A stretch of 63,971 nucleotides of DNA, the filler included, from Ionaspis alba (Eukaryota): NCBI GenBank assembly GCA_964255285.1. It is 3 parts of 3 records of this genome, joined end to end, with 100 filler letters (N's around TTAATTAATTAA, not from the genome) between each part and the next. Parts side by side here need not be neighbours in the genome. Positions count along the whole stretch, not along the records: positions 1 to 22,158 come from CAXUUL010000214.1; 2 more parts are not named here. One strand, 5' to 3'. A program made the position numbers and the translations under genes. The notes under the pieces were generated by a model that worked only from the letters and a program-made list of their open reading frames with translations, was not told where the DNA came from and made no database searches. Every line of letters begins with the position of its first letter. Positions within the stretch are counted from its first letter, which is position 1. Below, piece after piece: positions 1 to 13,618 of the stretch.

Positions 1-710
1 ACCTGGTTGCTACGTCACTCTTTTGGAATGGGAAATGAGGTTTCTTGGAAGTAATCAGGGAGATTGGGACTTGGATAGGGGAGGAGGGAAGGTGGCTCGT
101 TCCTTATGTAGATAGTCAATGAATAATGAGACCTTCCACCAAGATCGTTGTGCGTCGAGCAGATGTGATAAGAATATTGGTTTCCCGTGAACTTACACTC
201 TCCGTACCGGTCTGTCCACCGTTTCTCATAATTGGCCATATCCCGGGGTCTGCACTCCCAAGACTTTGCAACAACTAAGAGCTACCCTACTGTGACACAC
301 GGCAACTAGATATTCAATACATATTTACGGCTCTCGTTCTCGACCTTATCATTGTCGCAGGCACTTTTCAGACCGCTCTTCCTCGCTCCCCGACTTAAGA
401 AGACCAACTAGCGTTTCATCTCCTTTATGTCGTCCCATCTGAGTCTTTCCCCTATATTCCCCGATCTTGGTTTCTTTGCCCCACAGCCTTTCACCCGATC
501 GAACCACATGACCTCAGTCTGTAGGGCATCGTTGTAGCTTTGCGATGCTCCAATGGAAGGCAGGCAGAGCCAACGCGGTTCTGTGGTGGCATCCTCTACC
601 TTTCTTATTCGTGGAATCTGTGGGGCCAGGTCAGCTCCAATGACAGCACGATAGTATAGCAAGTTTTATTAGATACTCCGTGAATACTTCAGCTACGTCA
701 TCCAATTCTC

Positions 711-1118
711 CTATTGCTTCTCTACCTGCACAGTGCTGGCGTGAGGGTCTTCTTGGAGTCCTGGGGTTTGTGATTTCACCGGTAATTGGCACATGAGTGT
801 GTTGTTCCTGTTTAGATTTACTACGCTGTCGTCCCCCGCCTCGCTCTCATTCTTGCTCCTCTTTCCAGCCTCTCGCCTGTGCTTGCCGCAGCTCTTGAAT
901 GACTTCTCAATGACAGCCATATCGCGGATTTTCATTTCCGTCTGACGAGCTGTAAGACTTTTCATGTCATGCTCCGTCTCCCTATGATCGCCCTTTGTTT
1001 CCCCCATTTGAACCCCTAGATCATCTTTTACGCCCTTGATCTGACCACCGAGGATGTATGCATTTCCGATCATGCCCAACGCCGTAAGAGCTGCTGGGTA
1101 GATAAAGTTCAGCGGCAC
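711..1118 (-). CDS. Small hypothetical protein or gene relic (hydrophobic N-terminal segment followed by a coiled-coil-like stretch); true start unresolved
   Basis: ORF reads YPAALTALGMIGNAYILGGQIKGVKDDL...EMKIRDMAVIEK. It begins at GTG directly at a CTAAT...CAG acceptor-like site. No in-phase upstream exon was found. Confidence 0.3.
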   Translation of the reverse strand: MPLNFIYPAALTALGMIGNAYILGGQIKGVKDDLGVQMGETKGDHRETEHDMKSLTARQTEMKIRDMAVIEKSFKSCGKHRREAGKRSKNESEAGDDSVVNLNRNNTLMCQLPVKSQTPGLQEDPHASTVQVEKQ

Positions 1119-1808
1119 TGACAGGTGTATTAGCTCAATGTCTGAGAGAGATAAACCAAGTTGACTCGAACAATTGAATACTTAGGATTAAGGTAGCAAA
1201 AGAATGCGCACGAAGAAATCGTAAAAGATTTAAAAACGGTAAAAACGTATCTTAGCAACGGCTGAAATACTGAGAACATTGCTCAGAACAGGAACTTGTC
1301 GATGAGAATGATAGCAGATAAATGCTCATCTAGAATGGGGCTCGTGTTGGCCTTCGGAACTATTTTCCTCGTCCTCAAACTATATGTCTGTCTCAAATTC
1401 AACGTCTTATAATCCCGTCTGGATGCTCCCTGATCCGTCCTTCGAATGCAAAGCCAGGAGGGTTACAACCAGAAAATTAAGTTGTCAAATACTGTAACTT
1501 TAATGGGACCAAATAGCCAATACCAAGACAAACATCATTTGTAGAAATGCACGGGTTGTGCTGGCCTGCTTATAGTCATGAAGAGTGGGACAAGTTTGCA
1601 ATCATTCGCTCCACGTTACTCTGAGTTCATGTCTCCTGTCGGGGTTGCAGATGATAGTTGATTCTGCTACTACCAGCCTGCTAATCTGACGTGTAGTCAG
1701 TGAATGTGCAGCGAGCCAGCCGATACCCTCTGTATGTCTTTCGTTCTATGTATATCCTTGTTCTAGCGCCCCCGTGTCTCACCATGAGTGGTGGCTCTGG
1801 CCGTGTCC

Positions 1809-2921
1809 CTACCATGGGTATTCCTATGGAGCATGTTAGATCACCATTACATTTTGACGACAGAATGACGAACCTTGCCCTCCCATGTCCAGAACGTGCC
1901 GGTGTCTTTGAGTGTTTTGGTGGGAATGACTTTCAGCATCGCTGAGACTGACTCTGCTGGTGTGAGGATTCCTTCGATCTCCCAATCAAGTGAAACATTG
2001 CTGGCCATGTCTCTGGGTGAGATTAGCCCAATGCTACTGTGGTGCACGGTGGGGTAGGCTGACGTTGCGACTTCGCCTGGATGCATTGCTAAGATTGTGG
2101 TATTGCTGTCCTTTCGTTGGAGCTCGGCTGCCATGTGCTGTGTTATAGATTAGCACTAGTTCCAGGTGGTTGAGACGTGGGTGGAAGCTCTTGTACTCGT
2201 AATGCTTGGTTGAGTGCGGCCTTTGACGCGGCATATGCGGCAAATCTGTTTTAACCGTCAGGGTTTGGAGGATCGGGCTCTTGCGCTCAAAGATGCTCGG
2301 TACCCATCCTCGAAGGCTCTGAACTCAGCTGTACTGCCAGAGTCCGATGACATGAACATGATAGTGCCAATGGAGATAAAGGTCTGTAGAAGCTGTTGAG
2401 CTACAATGATCGGTCCTATAGTATTTGTTCGAAGATGGTCCTCAAAGTCGTGGAACGAGCTACATAGCCAGGTCAGAATGAAATGATGCATAGTCGGACG
2501 TGCATACATCTCGGTGGCTCTCTGGAACTGTCAATAACATCAAGCATATGCGTGAACGCCTCAGTGCTCGCATACATTGGGATATCTCAGAATACCAGCA
2601 TTAAGGATGGCATAATCAATATGAACTTCTTTAAGTGCCGACAGTTCTCTAACGAATGTCTAATATCCAATCAGCCCCACATCTGATTGGAGTAGACAGC
2701 TCCGAAGTAGTTGGGTTGACCTTTATACTGTCATCCGAGCTGACATCACATAAGAGTAGACGACAAGCGCCTCGTGGAGATGCTCCAGCCAGAGACCATA
2801 GCTCCGATGCTTTCTGAGGATCACGGACGGTGGCGATGACATTTTGGCCTTCAGCAAGGAGTTGCCGCACGAATTCAAGACCGATGCCACGGGACGCTCC
2901 GACGATCAACCAAGTCGGCAT
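1809..2921 (-). CDS. Short-chain dehydrogenase/reductase (CsgA/C-factor-like), multi-exon
   Basis: Spliced reading: MPTWLIVGASRGIGLEFVRQL (GxxxGxG), ILNAGIL, MSSDSGS, YAASKAALN (YxxxK), MHPGEVATDM, FWTWEGKEYPW*. Introns are GT-AG and include a 14-nt exon at 2508-2521. Confidence 0.9.
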
Positions 2922-3548
2922 TGCGAAGGTATTGACAAAGAGAACAGAAGGAAGGAAACAGCAGCAAAGGACCAAGAACAGTCAAGTGTTCTGTAACTTG
3001 ATCCTGATATTGTCCAAACAGATGCAGCACGTAGTAGACCAGGCTACGAACAAGGTGGAGACATTAGGGATAAAGTTCACCCAACCACTCAATGACAGGT
3101 TCGTGGCTAGCTGAATTGCACAGGAAATGAGCCTGGATCCCTTGGTGTACCTTGCTCAGCCTGCATATCACAAACGTTTCTCTTTTCATGGCCTGCTTAA
3201 TGCGTGTTATGGAACATCGCTATCCTACACAACCGTCTCTATTTCCAAATGCAGCGTCCATGTAGTCATGTACTGACCACTTAAGGCTGACGGCAAATTT
3301 TGCTTCAGGTGCCGGAGCAAGAGCTCCGGTGGTCCCGGTAATGCCCGAGACAATGATTGGTGGAAGGGATAGTCCTCCGTCATGGACACCCGAATTTCTT
3401 TTCCGGCCCTTTTATGCCAACTCTACGTTCTCTTACTTTTGAACTCAGCAACGTCCATTAATTGCAACCTTTGCAGACATCCATCCTGACAACCATCACT
3501 CACGCGACGCTTCTCTAAGCTTGATTCTTCTTATCACAGTCTTTCACT

Positions 3549-4304
<756 letters not shown>

Positions 4305-5291
4305 TCGCAGCCGTCCTCGGGTCAATCCCTGATTCCCTTTACTGCGCTGCACTCCGTCCCGCGCGTGTACCATTAGTTAGATTCTACTGAGCTCGGGCGG
4401 TGGATTGTTGGAAAGGTGTGGCATTATCAGACCCGCAGCGTCATTGTACAGTTGTTGGCGGAAAAGGTGTGCATTATCACGGGCTCCTTGGTGACTAGAT
4501 GGTCGGTATAGACTGTAATTAACACTCAAGTCTCTCCTCTTCGAGAAATTCGATTTTCTCTAATTTAACATTGGCTAATCATCATCGGTTTTCACCCGTT
4601 CAGATTCGCTGTTGCAACAACGATGATGTTTGCTAATACTGTTGTGAAGCATTGGATCTCTCTTACCCGGCATTGAGCATACTCGATTCACTCTCATAAA
4701 ATTATCTCCTTTAACTCATGATGTATTCGTTATTCAAACTCAGCGTGAAGGAAAACGCGGTCGAAGGTTGTTTTTGGACTTTGCACATGCCTCACTGTCG
4801 ATGAGTGAGATTCCATGAACGTAGCTCTAAGCTTATATTCAGTAATCCTTTGAAGAAAGGCAGACAGCTGCCCAGATCAGAAATGCCCATGGAGAATCCT
4901 TGCATCATCTTACCCCTGAAATCGTATCGTGATTGGGTGGTAGAGCTGCTTTAGTGTCAAACAGGTGCCTTGCTCTAGCCCTTATCGATTGGCCCTGCAG
5001 CTCCCAGCCTCCTCACGATCCCATCCCACCAGCAGACAGCCTTGAACAATGCCGCATCCTCCCACTCCATTCTACAGAAGACTGGCACTGCCTCTGCGAC
5101 CTCCAGGACTGTCGTTAGAAATCAGTGGAGTCATCGCTATCCGCGAATGTGTTGAGCGACCGGTGAATAAGGTCGCGCGGTTGTCGCTACAAACCCTTCC
5201 AAACACTCCAGCATTCATGACTCCTTGACCCTGTCCATCGAGCCTTCGATTTCTCTGCCTTGCGACAGCTTTCTTGATCAATGTAATCGCA

Positions 5292-7062
5292 ATGATGGCT
5301 ACTAGGCGCATGGACGTTCTCAACGACATGTTCGAATCGCATCCTTCCCTCTCTGCGTCCCTCGAGGACTTCGAGAACAACGACAACACCTCTCCAGTCT
5401 TTCGCCTACCATCTCAACACTCGGGTTTCAAATCGGAGGACTCGGACGCAGATGCCGCTTCAAGTTCAGAACCGCCATGGTCACCGCAACACTGGAAAAG
5501 ACCAGATACCGGTAGTGGTTGGTATCGACACCAGCCATATTTACAAGAAAGTCCTGCTATAAGATTGTCTGCCAGTCCAACACGATCGCGCGAGACAAGT
5601 CCCAAATATGAATCCGCCGACGAAGATAAGGAAGATTACACCATTCCCGCAAATGTACCACTACCTCGAGGCTCTGTCTCGCCGATCAAAGAGAGATCAC
5701 AAAGTCCACCGCCGTTTCCGGAAGGAGGACAGAATTTTGGACAGACGTTTCCTGAAGAAGAGACAAAGGATGAGGCATTCGCGCCTGAGAATCATAACAA
5801 TTGTACGTAGACTATTGTTCATATGAACATGGTCTATACTGACCCTTCAAGATTTCAGATTTGCCGTGCGCGCCGAAGTACAGCAGAGGACGGAACCCCT
5901 TGAGGCCGCCGTCCTTGCCTTTCGTTCATTTCTTGATAGTTTTGCCAGACACAAAATGGCATGGGGCGCATACAGCATCATAACAATACTTTCAATATGG
6001 ATATTAAGTCTATTATCTCAATCCCCTGTGCAGCCGGTACTACCAGATCTCGTCAAGGTCGCAAGCCTCGCTCGATCCTTCGAACCATTAATCTACTACT
6101 CCGAAAATGGCGTTCGCCAGATTGATGATCTGGAAAAGACCAGTGTAGCAGTGTGGGATTTGGGAGAAAGCATCCGCGCTGCGAACATGACTTCGAGTCC
6201 CATCATTGTTACGGAGCTTGATGAGTTGACGGAGAATCTCAAACGGCTAGCTATGGAGCTCACTCGCTTCTTCGCCAACGTGGACGGCGATGTCGACTCT
6301 ATCTTGATAGTCATGCATTGGGCCAGAAGGGAACTAGCAACTCTATCCACAAACCCACGCACATCCACATTCGCAAAGATTCACACCCTCCTTTCCCGTG
6401 CTGGTGTTCTCGAGAACCATGCGACTGGCAATCCCACAGCTGCCGGCAAATTTGTGAAAGAAGTATTTGGCATGACCGCTGCGCAGCACACTCGCTATAC
6501 TCTCAAGCGGACTTTTGTTGACTTCTTGGCAACATTGGAGGAGGCCATCGATTCGGAGCTCACGACCGCGAGCACCCTCTTCTGCCTCTTCGCAGACATC
6601 GATCGCCAGTTCCTCAACCTCCAGCGGACCACCATCCGCGAATCGACCGACCAAGAACGTCTAGAAGGCGAGTTCCTGAGCTCGCTCTGGACCCGTGTTC
6701 TGGGTCCCAATGCTGCCAAACTCCGCAAATACGAGAAAAACCGGGCACTGCTGGAGTCAATACGAAGCAAGACTGTAGCCAACAAAAACCTCTTGCTAGA
6801 ACACAATGGCAGGTTAATGGCTTTGAAGGAGAATCTGGAGATGCTGAGACGGCGGCTTGTCAGCCCGCTTGTTAGAGGCGGTGAGGGAAGCACCGTGGGT
6901 GTTGAAGAGCAAATCCTGGGACTTGAAGAAACGTGGAAATATCTGAATGGTGTGAGGCAGGAGCAGAAGGGGAGGGTTTATGATGCAAGATTTGGGGTCA
7001 GGAGCGGCACTGGGAGAACGACGATTGTGAGAGAGGAAGCAAGGGAGATCGAGGCGAGGTAG
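5292..7062 (+). CDS. Conserved fungal hypothetical protein (disordered N-terminus, one TM segment, long helical/coiled-coil C-terminus)
   Basis: ORFs 5274-5810 and 5866-7062 join through a GTACGT...CTGAC...AG intron (~5803-5851), giving ENHNNYFRFAVRAEVQQR. Confidence 0.8.
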
Positions 7063-7602
7063 GAGAGGAGAGGGTATAGGATGGGTTCTGGGCGGAATTG
7101 ATAGATGGAAGATATTTGGGATGGGATGGGCTGGTGCATGAGGACGGTGTTCCTGGATAGTTTCGGATCATGGGCTCCATGGCGTGCACTTTACGTCGAT
7201 TTTGTCGCTGGAATTGCGGTTGTATAAGCGATCTTGGTGTTGCTGTCAGATAAAGGCAATCCTTCAATCGTTCCGACTCCCTTGCTCTTTCGATGTAACC
7301 CTGCATCCATAGTTCAGTCCCGGTATAAATTGGCCGATTGTTCATAATTTCTAACTAGATAGCACATTTCTCAATTCTTTGCCCCATATTGGCTACCAGC
7401 TATAGAACACTTACTCAAGCTACCATCCGTCCTCATAGCTTTCTTATTGTGTTCCACGATTTACAGCCACAAACCTTCAATGCGCCATAACCGCAATGAC
7501 GTCTATAACCAGGAAATTGCCGCCACCCAGAAGTCGCTCGTCGTCAAAATGTCACCCAGACCACCTTGACAGTCCCAATTGACTCCTTAGAACTTCAATC
7601 CA

Positions 7603-8595
7603 ATGACGCCGCCACCTTGCACCTCTTCCCGTTCCTCCTCGAGTCACGAATCCTCATATAACCCCTGCAATCCCTCACCTACACCTCCCTCTTCCACGGA
7701 AACCAAATCTCCCAGCGCCGAGCTCAAATTGCTGGTACCACACCTTCTTTTGCCCTCCTTTCTTCCTTTCAACCTCACTGACCCCATGCCGTAGCTCTGG
7801 AACACCTGGCTGCTCCCCTCGCCCCTAACCGACCACGCGACCCACACCCGTGCCTGCCTCATGTCCCCTCTTCTGAACGCCTACCCCATCGTCATCCTCA
7901 ACGAAGCCTTCACGAAAACCTCCATCCTCCTCGCCCAATGCACTCACCCCCACAGCTACCGCCCGCCTCACCCACGCACTAAGCTCTTAGGCTCAGGGTT
8001 GCTATTTCTCAGCCGCTGGGAAATAGTCGATACGGTCTGGGAGCGATTTGACAGAACGGCGGGTGTGGACTGGTGGGCTTGTAAAGGGGTCGCGGGGGTG
8101 AAGATCCGGATTGAGGGGGAGGGTGGAGGAGAGGTCTGGTTCTTGGGTACGCATATGCAGGCCGGGGCGTCAAAAGGGGCGCAGGCTGCAAGGAAGAGAC
8201 AGGCGGAGCAAGTGGCGGGGTGTGTGAAACGCCTGAGGGAGAGGGAGAGGGAGAGAGAGGGAGTGGGCGTGAGGGTTGTGGTGGCTGGTGATTTGAACAT
8301 GGGACCGCCGATGGTAGAGGGATGGAGCGTGCATTATGTTGACGAGGAGGATGCGAGGGCTAGGGAGGGGTCTTATGGGTGTTTGGTACAGGGGGCAGGG
8401 GTCGAGGAGGTGGATGCTGAGGAGGGATGTGAGTGCGAGTATAGGGGGGATATTTGTAGGGTGTTGACGAAGGGTGTGAAGGGGAGGGTCAGGTATGAGG
8501 AGCTGGTGGGTAAGGAAGGGAGGAGGTTGAGTGATACTAGGGCGGTATGTTTTACGGGGTGGATAGACAGTGGTGGGCAGAAGGATGGTGGTTAG
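7603..8595 (+). CDS. Endonuclease/exonuclease/phosphatase (EEP) family protein, sphingomyelinase-like
   Basis: After an intron at ~7734-7794: LLLWNTWLLP, ILNEAF, SGLLFLSRW, ACKGV, GTHMQA, VAGDLNM, LSDT. These are EEP-fold motifs, but the usual terminal SDH reads SDT. Confidence 0.75.
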
Positions 8596-9560
8596 GAAGG
8601 AGTGAGCAAGGATGAGGGCATTGAGAGCGATGTTGGTGAAGAGGTGGTGGCATTGGGAGACTTAGGAGGAAGCAGAGATGGAATATGGCTCTTCGTTAGT
8701 CTCTTGGGTAGTAGAGGTCCGCATCTACTTGGCATTGCCTGATGGCGCGGTGTATCGGGCTCTGTAGGTTGCATCGGTAGATATCGTAGGGAGAATTTGG
8801 ATCCGCATTGTAGAAGGCATAGTTCATGTGAAACCTTTCAGTAGTGCCCGAGTATATGAATAGATTGTCATATTCGTGGAAGGATGGGAAATTTGGGCTA
8901 GCCCATTTTGCTGAAGTAGCATAACCCTGCGGTCGGTTGGCGGATGTCTGCATGTGACCTTGCCATATTCTGTTCTTCGTGTTATTTGATTGCATCTGTG
9001 CCTACTGTCTTCAGTCTATCAATCGAGTCATACGAAATGTTTCCTCGGCGTTCAGCCGACAAGTTTGCCTCCATAAAGCATGCCGCCCGCAGCCAACAAT
9101 TGGTTCGATTGCGCCTGGCCTCTACAGATTCGAGGAAAATATCTGAGATCCCCCTTTCACCTCACGTATGTTTCATGACTCGGTTTCAGTGCCTTTTCTG
9201 ATAAGGCCATTATCTTGACAGATTGGTTTCTACAAAAGTTTTGGACGCCCAATCAGCAAAGTGTTTCTCGGTGCAGTTTTCACTTATCAAGTTGTATATT
9301 GGACGTGGACAAAGACCGAGATTCAGGCTACGAAACAACAAAAGACAGGTAATACAACATGCCTTTGCAATTGATTACATCAGCTCTAAATCGTCGCAGA
9401 AGAGATCGCCAGCTTGGAATATCAGTTAAAATCATTGAAACCTTAGAGTGTATAGAATGCCAAGCTAGACTACAATTAAAGTTATTGTTATTAGAGAGCC
9501 GTTGTAATCTTATCATGCAAAAATCCACAGCTACGATAGCATCATCAAGCAGTACTCGCC

Positions 9561-10456
9561 ATGGCCACCTCAATACCACGATTCTTACTGCCTCGAGGGG
9601 AACTCTTCCTACGATTTCGTTTCGTGTCTTCCTCTTGTCTCCCAAAGCCAGGGACTGTTCCGCATCGGGATGGCTGCAGATGCGCGTCCTCATCGTCCGC
9701 ACCATCCAAACCCAGGGTTTTGGAGAAGCCTACAAGGTTCAATCCTCCTTCCCATGCTGCAAGATTGAACCGAACCCCACCACGGCAATATCCAGGACCT
9801 CCACTATCGGCGCCAGAGTTAGAAGCGCAGAAGACAAAGCGGTATCCTCACATGATGCCTCCGGAAGGGAGCTTCATGCATTGGTTTCTGAATAACCGAT
9901 CTATCCATCTATGGCTCAGCATGGTAGGTCTACAGTGAGCTAATGTCTTGTTGTGACATGAAAATATCTAATCTAGTCATCTCTAATATCGACGATTTGA
10001 TAGGGCACACTGTTCACCCTTGCACTGGTCACCTTCACAACAAACTTTCACCGCACTTCTCCATTCGCGCACCTTCTTCCTCCCGGGAATACTTTCTTAT
10101 CACATCCTCTGGATTTCTTATCCAGATACATAGAGGTTTTCAAAATGCATACCGACCACATCAGCGCCGAGACTGCGGAGAGGAGAAGGAAAAAGGTGGA
10201 GGATGTGCAAAAGAGAGCTGCCTACAGGAAAGCACATGGATTGGATAAACAGCAAGGCTTTGGAGGATGGACTGCTAAGACAGATGCTAACTCATCTGGG
10301 TCAACAACGAAGATCGATGCAGCTGTGGGACAAGAGTTGGCCCCATTGGAGGGTCTCCAGGACCTCGATGGGAGAGATATTCCTGAGAGGGAAGAGGCTT
10401 ATCTGGATTGGGAGGGGAAGAAGAAGCCCTTGAAGAAATGGCTCGGGATATGGTAG
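9561..10456 (+). CDS. Conserved fungal hypothetical protein, probably mitochondrial membrane
   Basis: Arg-rich presequence-like N-terminus. An intron at ~9924-10002 joins RYPHMMPPEGSFMHWFL...WLSM to GTLFTLAL...RRKKVEDVQKRAAYRKAHG...KKWLGIW*. Confidence 0.8.
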
Positions 10457-11121
10457 GCGGGATAGAGTAGGTTTCCAAAAGCATTTTGACACGCTTTACG
10501 TTGCTCGGAACCATGCTTTACGGCTAGGCTCGTTGTGAGCACTTCCTGTATATCTGTTTATCTACGACAGTATTGTCATGATACTTGCACCGAGAACACC
10601 GGCCTGTCTCATGACGGCAAGCTATCAAACCCGCTTTTATTTCTATATGTCATTCCCAAGACTCTGATCACTTTTGCTTTGTCCAAATAATGGTGCAATG
10701 CAGAATCTTTCAAGTTCCAATGAAGCCTCGTCATCCCGAGTCGGAACAAAGGAAGCTGCTCTAGAAAGACGCCAGCCACTGTCCACCAGGACCGATTGCT
10801 CCTGTCGTCCGTCTTTATCTCTACCTGACAGCTGCAGCGAAGTCTACTCGAGTATCGATCACGTTCTTAATCCAGATGAACCAGGGAATTGAGGAACTAA
10901 TGTATCATCAACTCTGGTTTCGTTTAAGCGTTCTCCCGAGTCGAACTTTATTCCTCTCTTCTGTGGAACAAAGAATGCTAAGAGTACCTTACCAAATCAA
11001 AGGACTCTGGCCGTTTTGTTACTTTACACAAAGCACAATCGCATTTTAGTAATGTTGTCTTAAAGACCCCACCGGCTCTGCATCTACAGACTTGGTACTG
11101 CATTCTCTTACGGCTTAGAAA

Positions 11122-12624
11122 ATGGACAGACTTCCGGACGAGCTTGTGCTCAACATCTTCAAACACTCTGAAGCCGAAGATGTGGGATCGCTTCGTCTTA
11201 CCGCACATCGATATAGTCGAATTGGGCTCGGTGTTCAGTTTCAAGAACTCCACTTTCTCATGAACTGTCATAGCCTTCGCAGGATGGAGGATCTAGGTAT
11301 CCAAGCGAACTACGATTTGACCGCATCGACAAGATCACTATACATTGAGACAGATCAGTTAGATCCCCAGTTTAATAGGACGAATCCATTCGGGTTTCGG
11401 CAGTGGCAGCTAACAATCGACTTGCGAGAACGGCCGCAGCCACCATCTTTTCCGAATCCTACGGACGAACAGAAAGGTAATTATCTGCGCTTACTGACGC
11501 AATATGATCAGACTCCACGGCACACTCACGATAATTCGGCGCTCCTGCGGGCTTGGGATCGCTATCAAGAAATTCAGTGGGACAAATTCGCAGGGGCTGG
11601 TCTTCTTCCGCTACACTACATCAGGCTGTTGCCGTTCAGTACCATTTTTGCCCGCCTGCGACGGATCAAGACACTGACGATCGACGTCAACAGCAGATTT
11701 CGGCAACAAAGTTCGGCGTCACACGCATTCTTCGATCCTGCACTAAGTCCACGAGCTCCGATCAGCGTCTGGAGCTATTGGCTACTTTGTCAAGTATTAT
11801 GCGTTCAGCACCAGGCGATGATCGTCTCCCTCGAGAGACTTTATGTAGCGCAAGATTATTGGAGAAAGCTGGATTTCCTGGAAATCTCGAAGAACCTCGT
11901 GTATCTGGAAAGCCTTCAGAGGTTACTTTGCTTACACCTCTATATACAGATAATGCCGTCCTCCCTACACGTTCTCGATGGTGTTCAAGCCGATGTGGCC
12001 GAGTGCTACCAATACCTGCAAGGACTTCATCTACAAAGGCTGTTGAAGGCTTCGCCCAGACTGCGAGAGATCAAAATCGTATTTCTCATTCCGTTTGGGA
12101 TAGCAGGTTTACCGCTACCTACTGATCGGGGTATTGACTGCTCCGCAGCCCGCTTCCAAGACATTATCGCCAAGGATGCCACGTACCAGGATCTCGAGCT
12201 CCTCTCCCTAGAGGGAGTGGAGTGCACCGAACAAGAGTTTGTAAGTTTCGTCCGCCGTCACATGAAGACATTGACCCATCTCGAGCTCAGAGACATTTGT
12301 TTGAGTAAGGGGACTTGGATGAGCCTATTCAGCAAGCTGCGTGACATCATCACGCTTACAGATTTCAAAGTGGGTGGATATCTGCACCAGAGGGAAGAGA
12401 AGTTGACATATAGCTTGATCAACGAAACCAACGACATCTTCGACCAGACGGCCTGGGTACGGGCTCGCAAGCTGGAAGACTGGGTCTGCAAACGAGGCGA
12501 CTATGCACGGCACAATATATCACTTGAGGACCGGATCGCCTGGCAGAACATCCAATATGGTGGTCCTGCTCCAGTACGACGACAGGATGTTGAGGCATGG
12601 ATAGCGATCATGCGCAGGAGCTGA
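11122..12624 (+). CDS. F-box-like domain protein
   Basis: Intronless 500-aa ORF starting MDRLPDELVLNIFKH...SLRLT (F-box-like), with leucine-rich-repeat-like segments (LELLSLEGV, LTHLELRDI). Confidence 0.75.
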   Translation: MDRLPDELVLNIFKHSEAEDVGSLRLTAHRYSRIGLGVQFQELHFLMNCHSLRRMEDLGIQANYDLTASTRSLYIETDQLDPQFNRTNPFGFRQWQLTIDLRERPQPPSFPNPTDEQKGNYLRLLTQYDQTPRHTHDNSALLRAWDRYQEIQWDKFAGAGLLPLHYIRLLPFSTIFARLRRIKTLTIDVNSRFRQQSSASHAFFDPALSPRAPISVWSYWLLCQVLCVQHQAMIVSLERLYVAQDYWRKLDFLEISKNLVYLESLQRLLCLHLYIQIMPSSLHVLDGVQADVAECYQYLQGLHLQRLLKASPRLREIKIVFLIPFGIAGLPLPTDRGIDCSAARFQDIIAKDATYQDLELLSLEGVECTEQEFVSFVRRHMKTLTHLELRDICLSKGTWMSLFSKLRDIITLTDFKVGGYLHQREEKLTYSLINETNDIFDQTAWVRARKLEDWVCKRGDYARHNISLEDRIAWQNIQYGGPAPVRRQDVEAWIAIMRRS

Positions 12625-13618
12625 TCGACAGTCAAGTGGCGGTTGTTTCCAAGTACCCGGTGTGAGTGTCAGGTGAACGAGCAGACAGAGGGGTAGTTAG
12701 AGGAGCAGCAGCAGTAGCAGGAGAGTCGAAGTGATGGGACGATAGAGGTAGCTCGACTCCGACTGGGTGTCAAAGACTCTAGGAATTGAGAATCACACAT
12801 ACACTTGAGAATTCTAGGCACAGCATTATATGATCCAATGTTAGAAATAAAATCCACTTCTGCCGAGGGGCGGACATTGTAGCCTGTACGTTCAATTTTG
12901 GAGCATTCTAGAGACATGGATTGATAGCCCTCAAAATAGTAGATTCGCAGGCGCTCTCGTCTGCTCTCGTAGAATTGTCGCCCTCGAATGATGACCTGCA
13001 AGCTTGACTTGAAACCCCTTATGGCACGACAATCATCACCGGTTCAAGAGCCAATAATGTCCAAATCAGAATGCTCTATCATAGTATGATTTTCTCGAAG
13101 CTCGTATCTGTGCTAGGTACACTGGTAGCTGGGAGTGGCAAGTACCTGTACTCTAGCCATGACGTTCATCCTTCCCTCTAAGACCCATTGTAGTCGAACT
13201 ACATTCTCAGTATTCCCTTCTAGTCAATTAACTAGAGAGCGATCGTTTACAGGCATGAGGTTCTTCTCAGTAACCTACTGCAAAGGCCTTTGCAATTTGA
13301 CAGTTGCTTTTTTCAAAATATCCTTTTTTCAATGCGACGTGCAGCTACTGGTCACTTGACCCCTCCTTCCCGGCCGTGAAGTAGGTCTCGTGTTCATTGA
13401 GGCTCAAGGGCCATCAGCTCCTCTTCAACACCCTTGATGTCCGCGAGTTGTATAATATAACTCGAAACAGATAGGGAATTGCGCCTTTGGGCGTGTTGCT
13501 CAACTGCATCCAGCACATCGAACGATCTAGGGCAAACGACCACAACTCGTCGACTCTTCAGGTAGACGTCGTTGCCCACCCCTTTTCACTGATGCCCCAA
13601 ACGCTTGCTCGAAAGTAG

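Noticed and set aside
3313..3360. CCGGAGC-AAGA-GCTCCGG palindrome and CCAAT box upstream of cytochrome c as a HapX bipartite site
   Set aside because: A CCAAT is present on the minus strand, but the spacing does not fit CSAAT-N12-RWT; the palindrome alone is too short to call.
8236..8262. GA-rich microsatellite encoding ERERERE
   Set aside because: Ordinary low-complexity coding repeat.
8696..8995. 99-aa minus-strand ORF
   Set aside because: No recognisable family and no consistent exon structure; cannot be supported, though a small orphan gene is not excluded.
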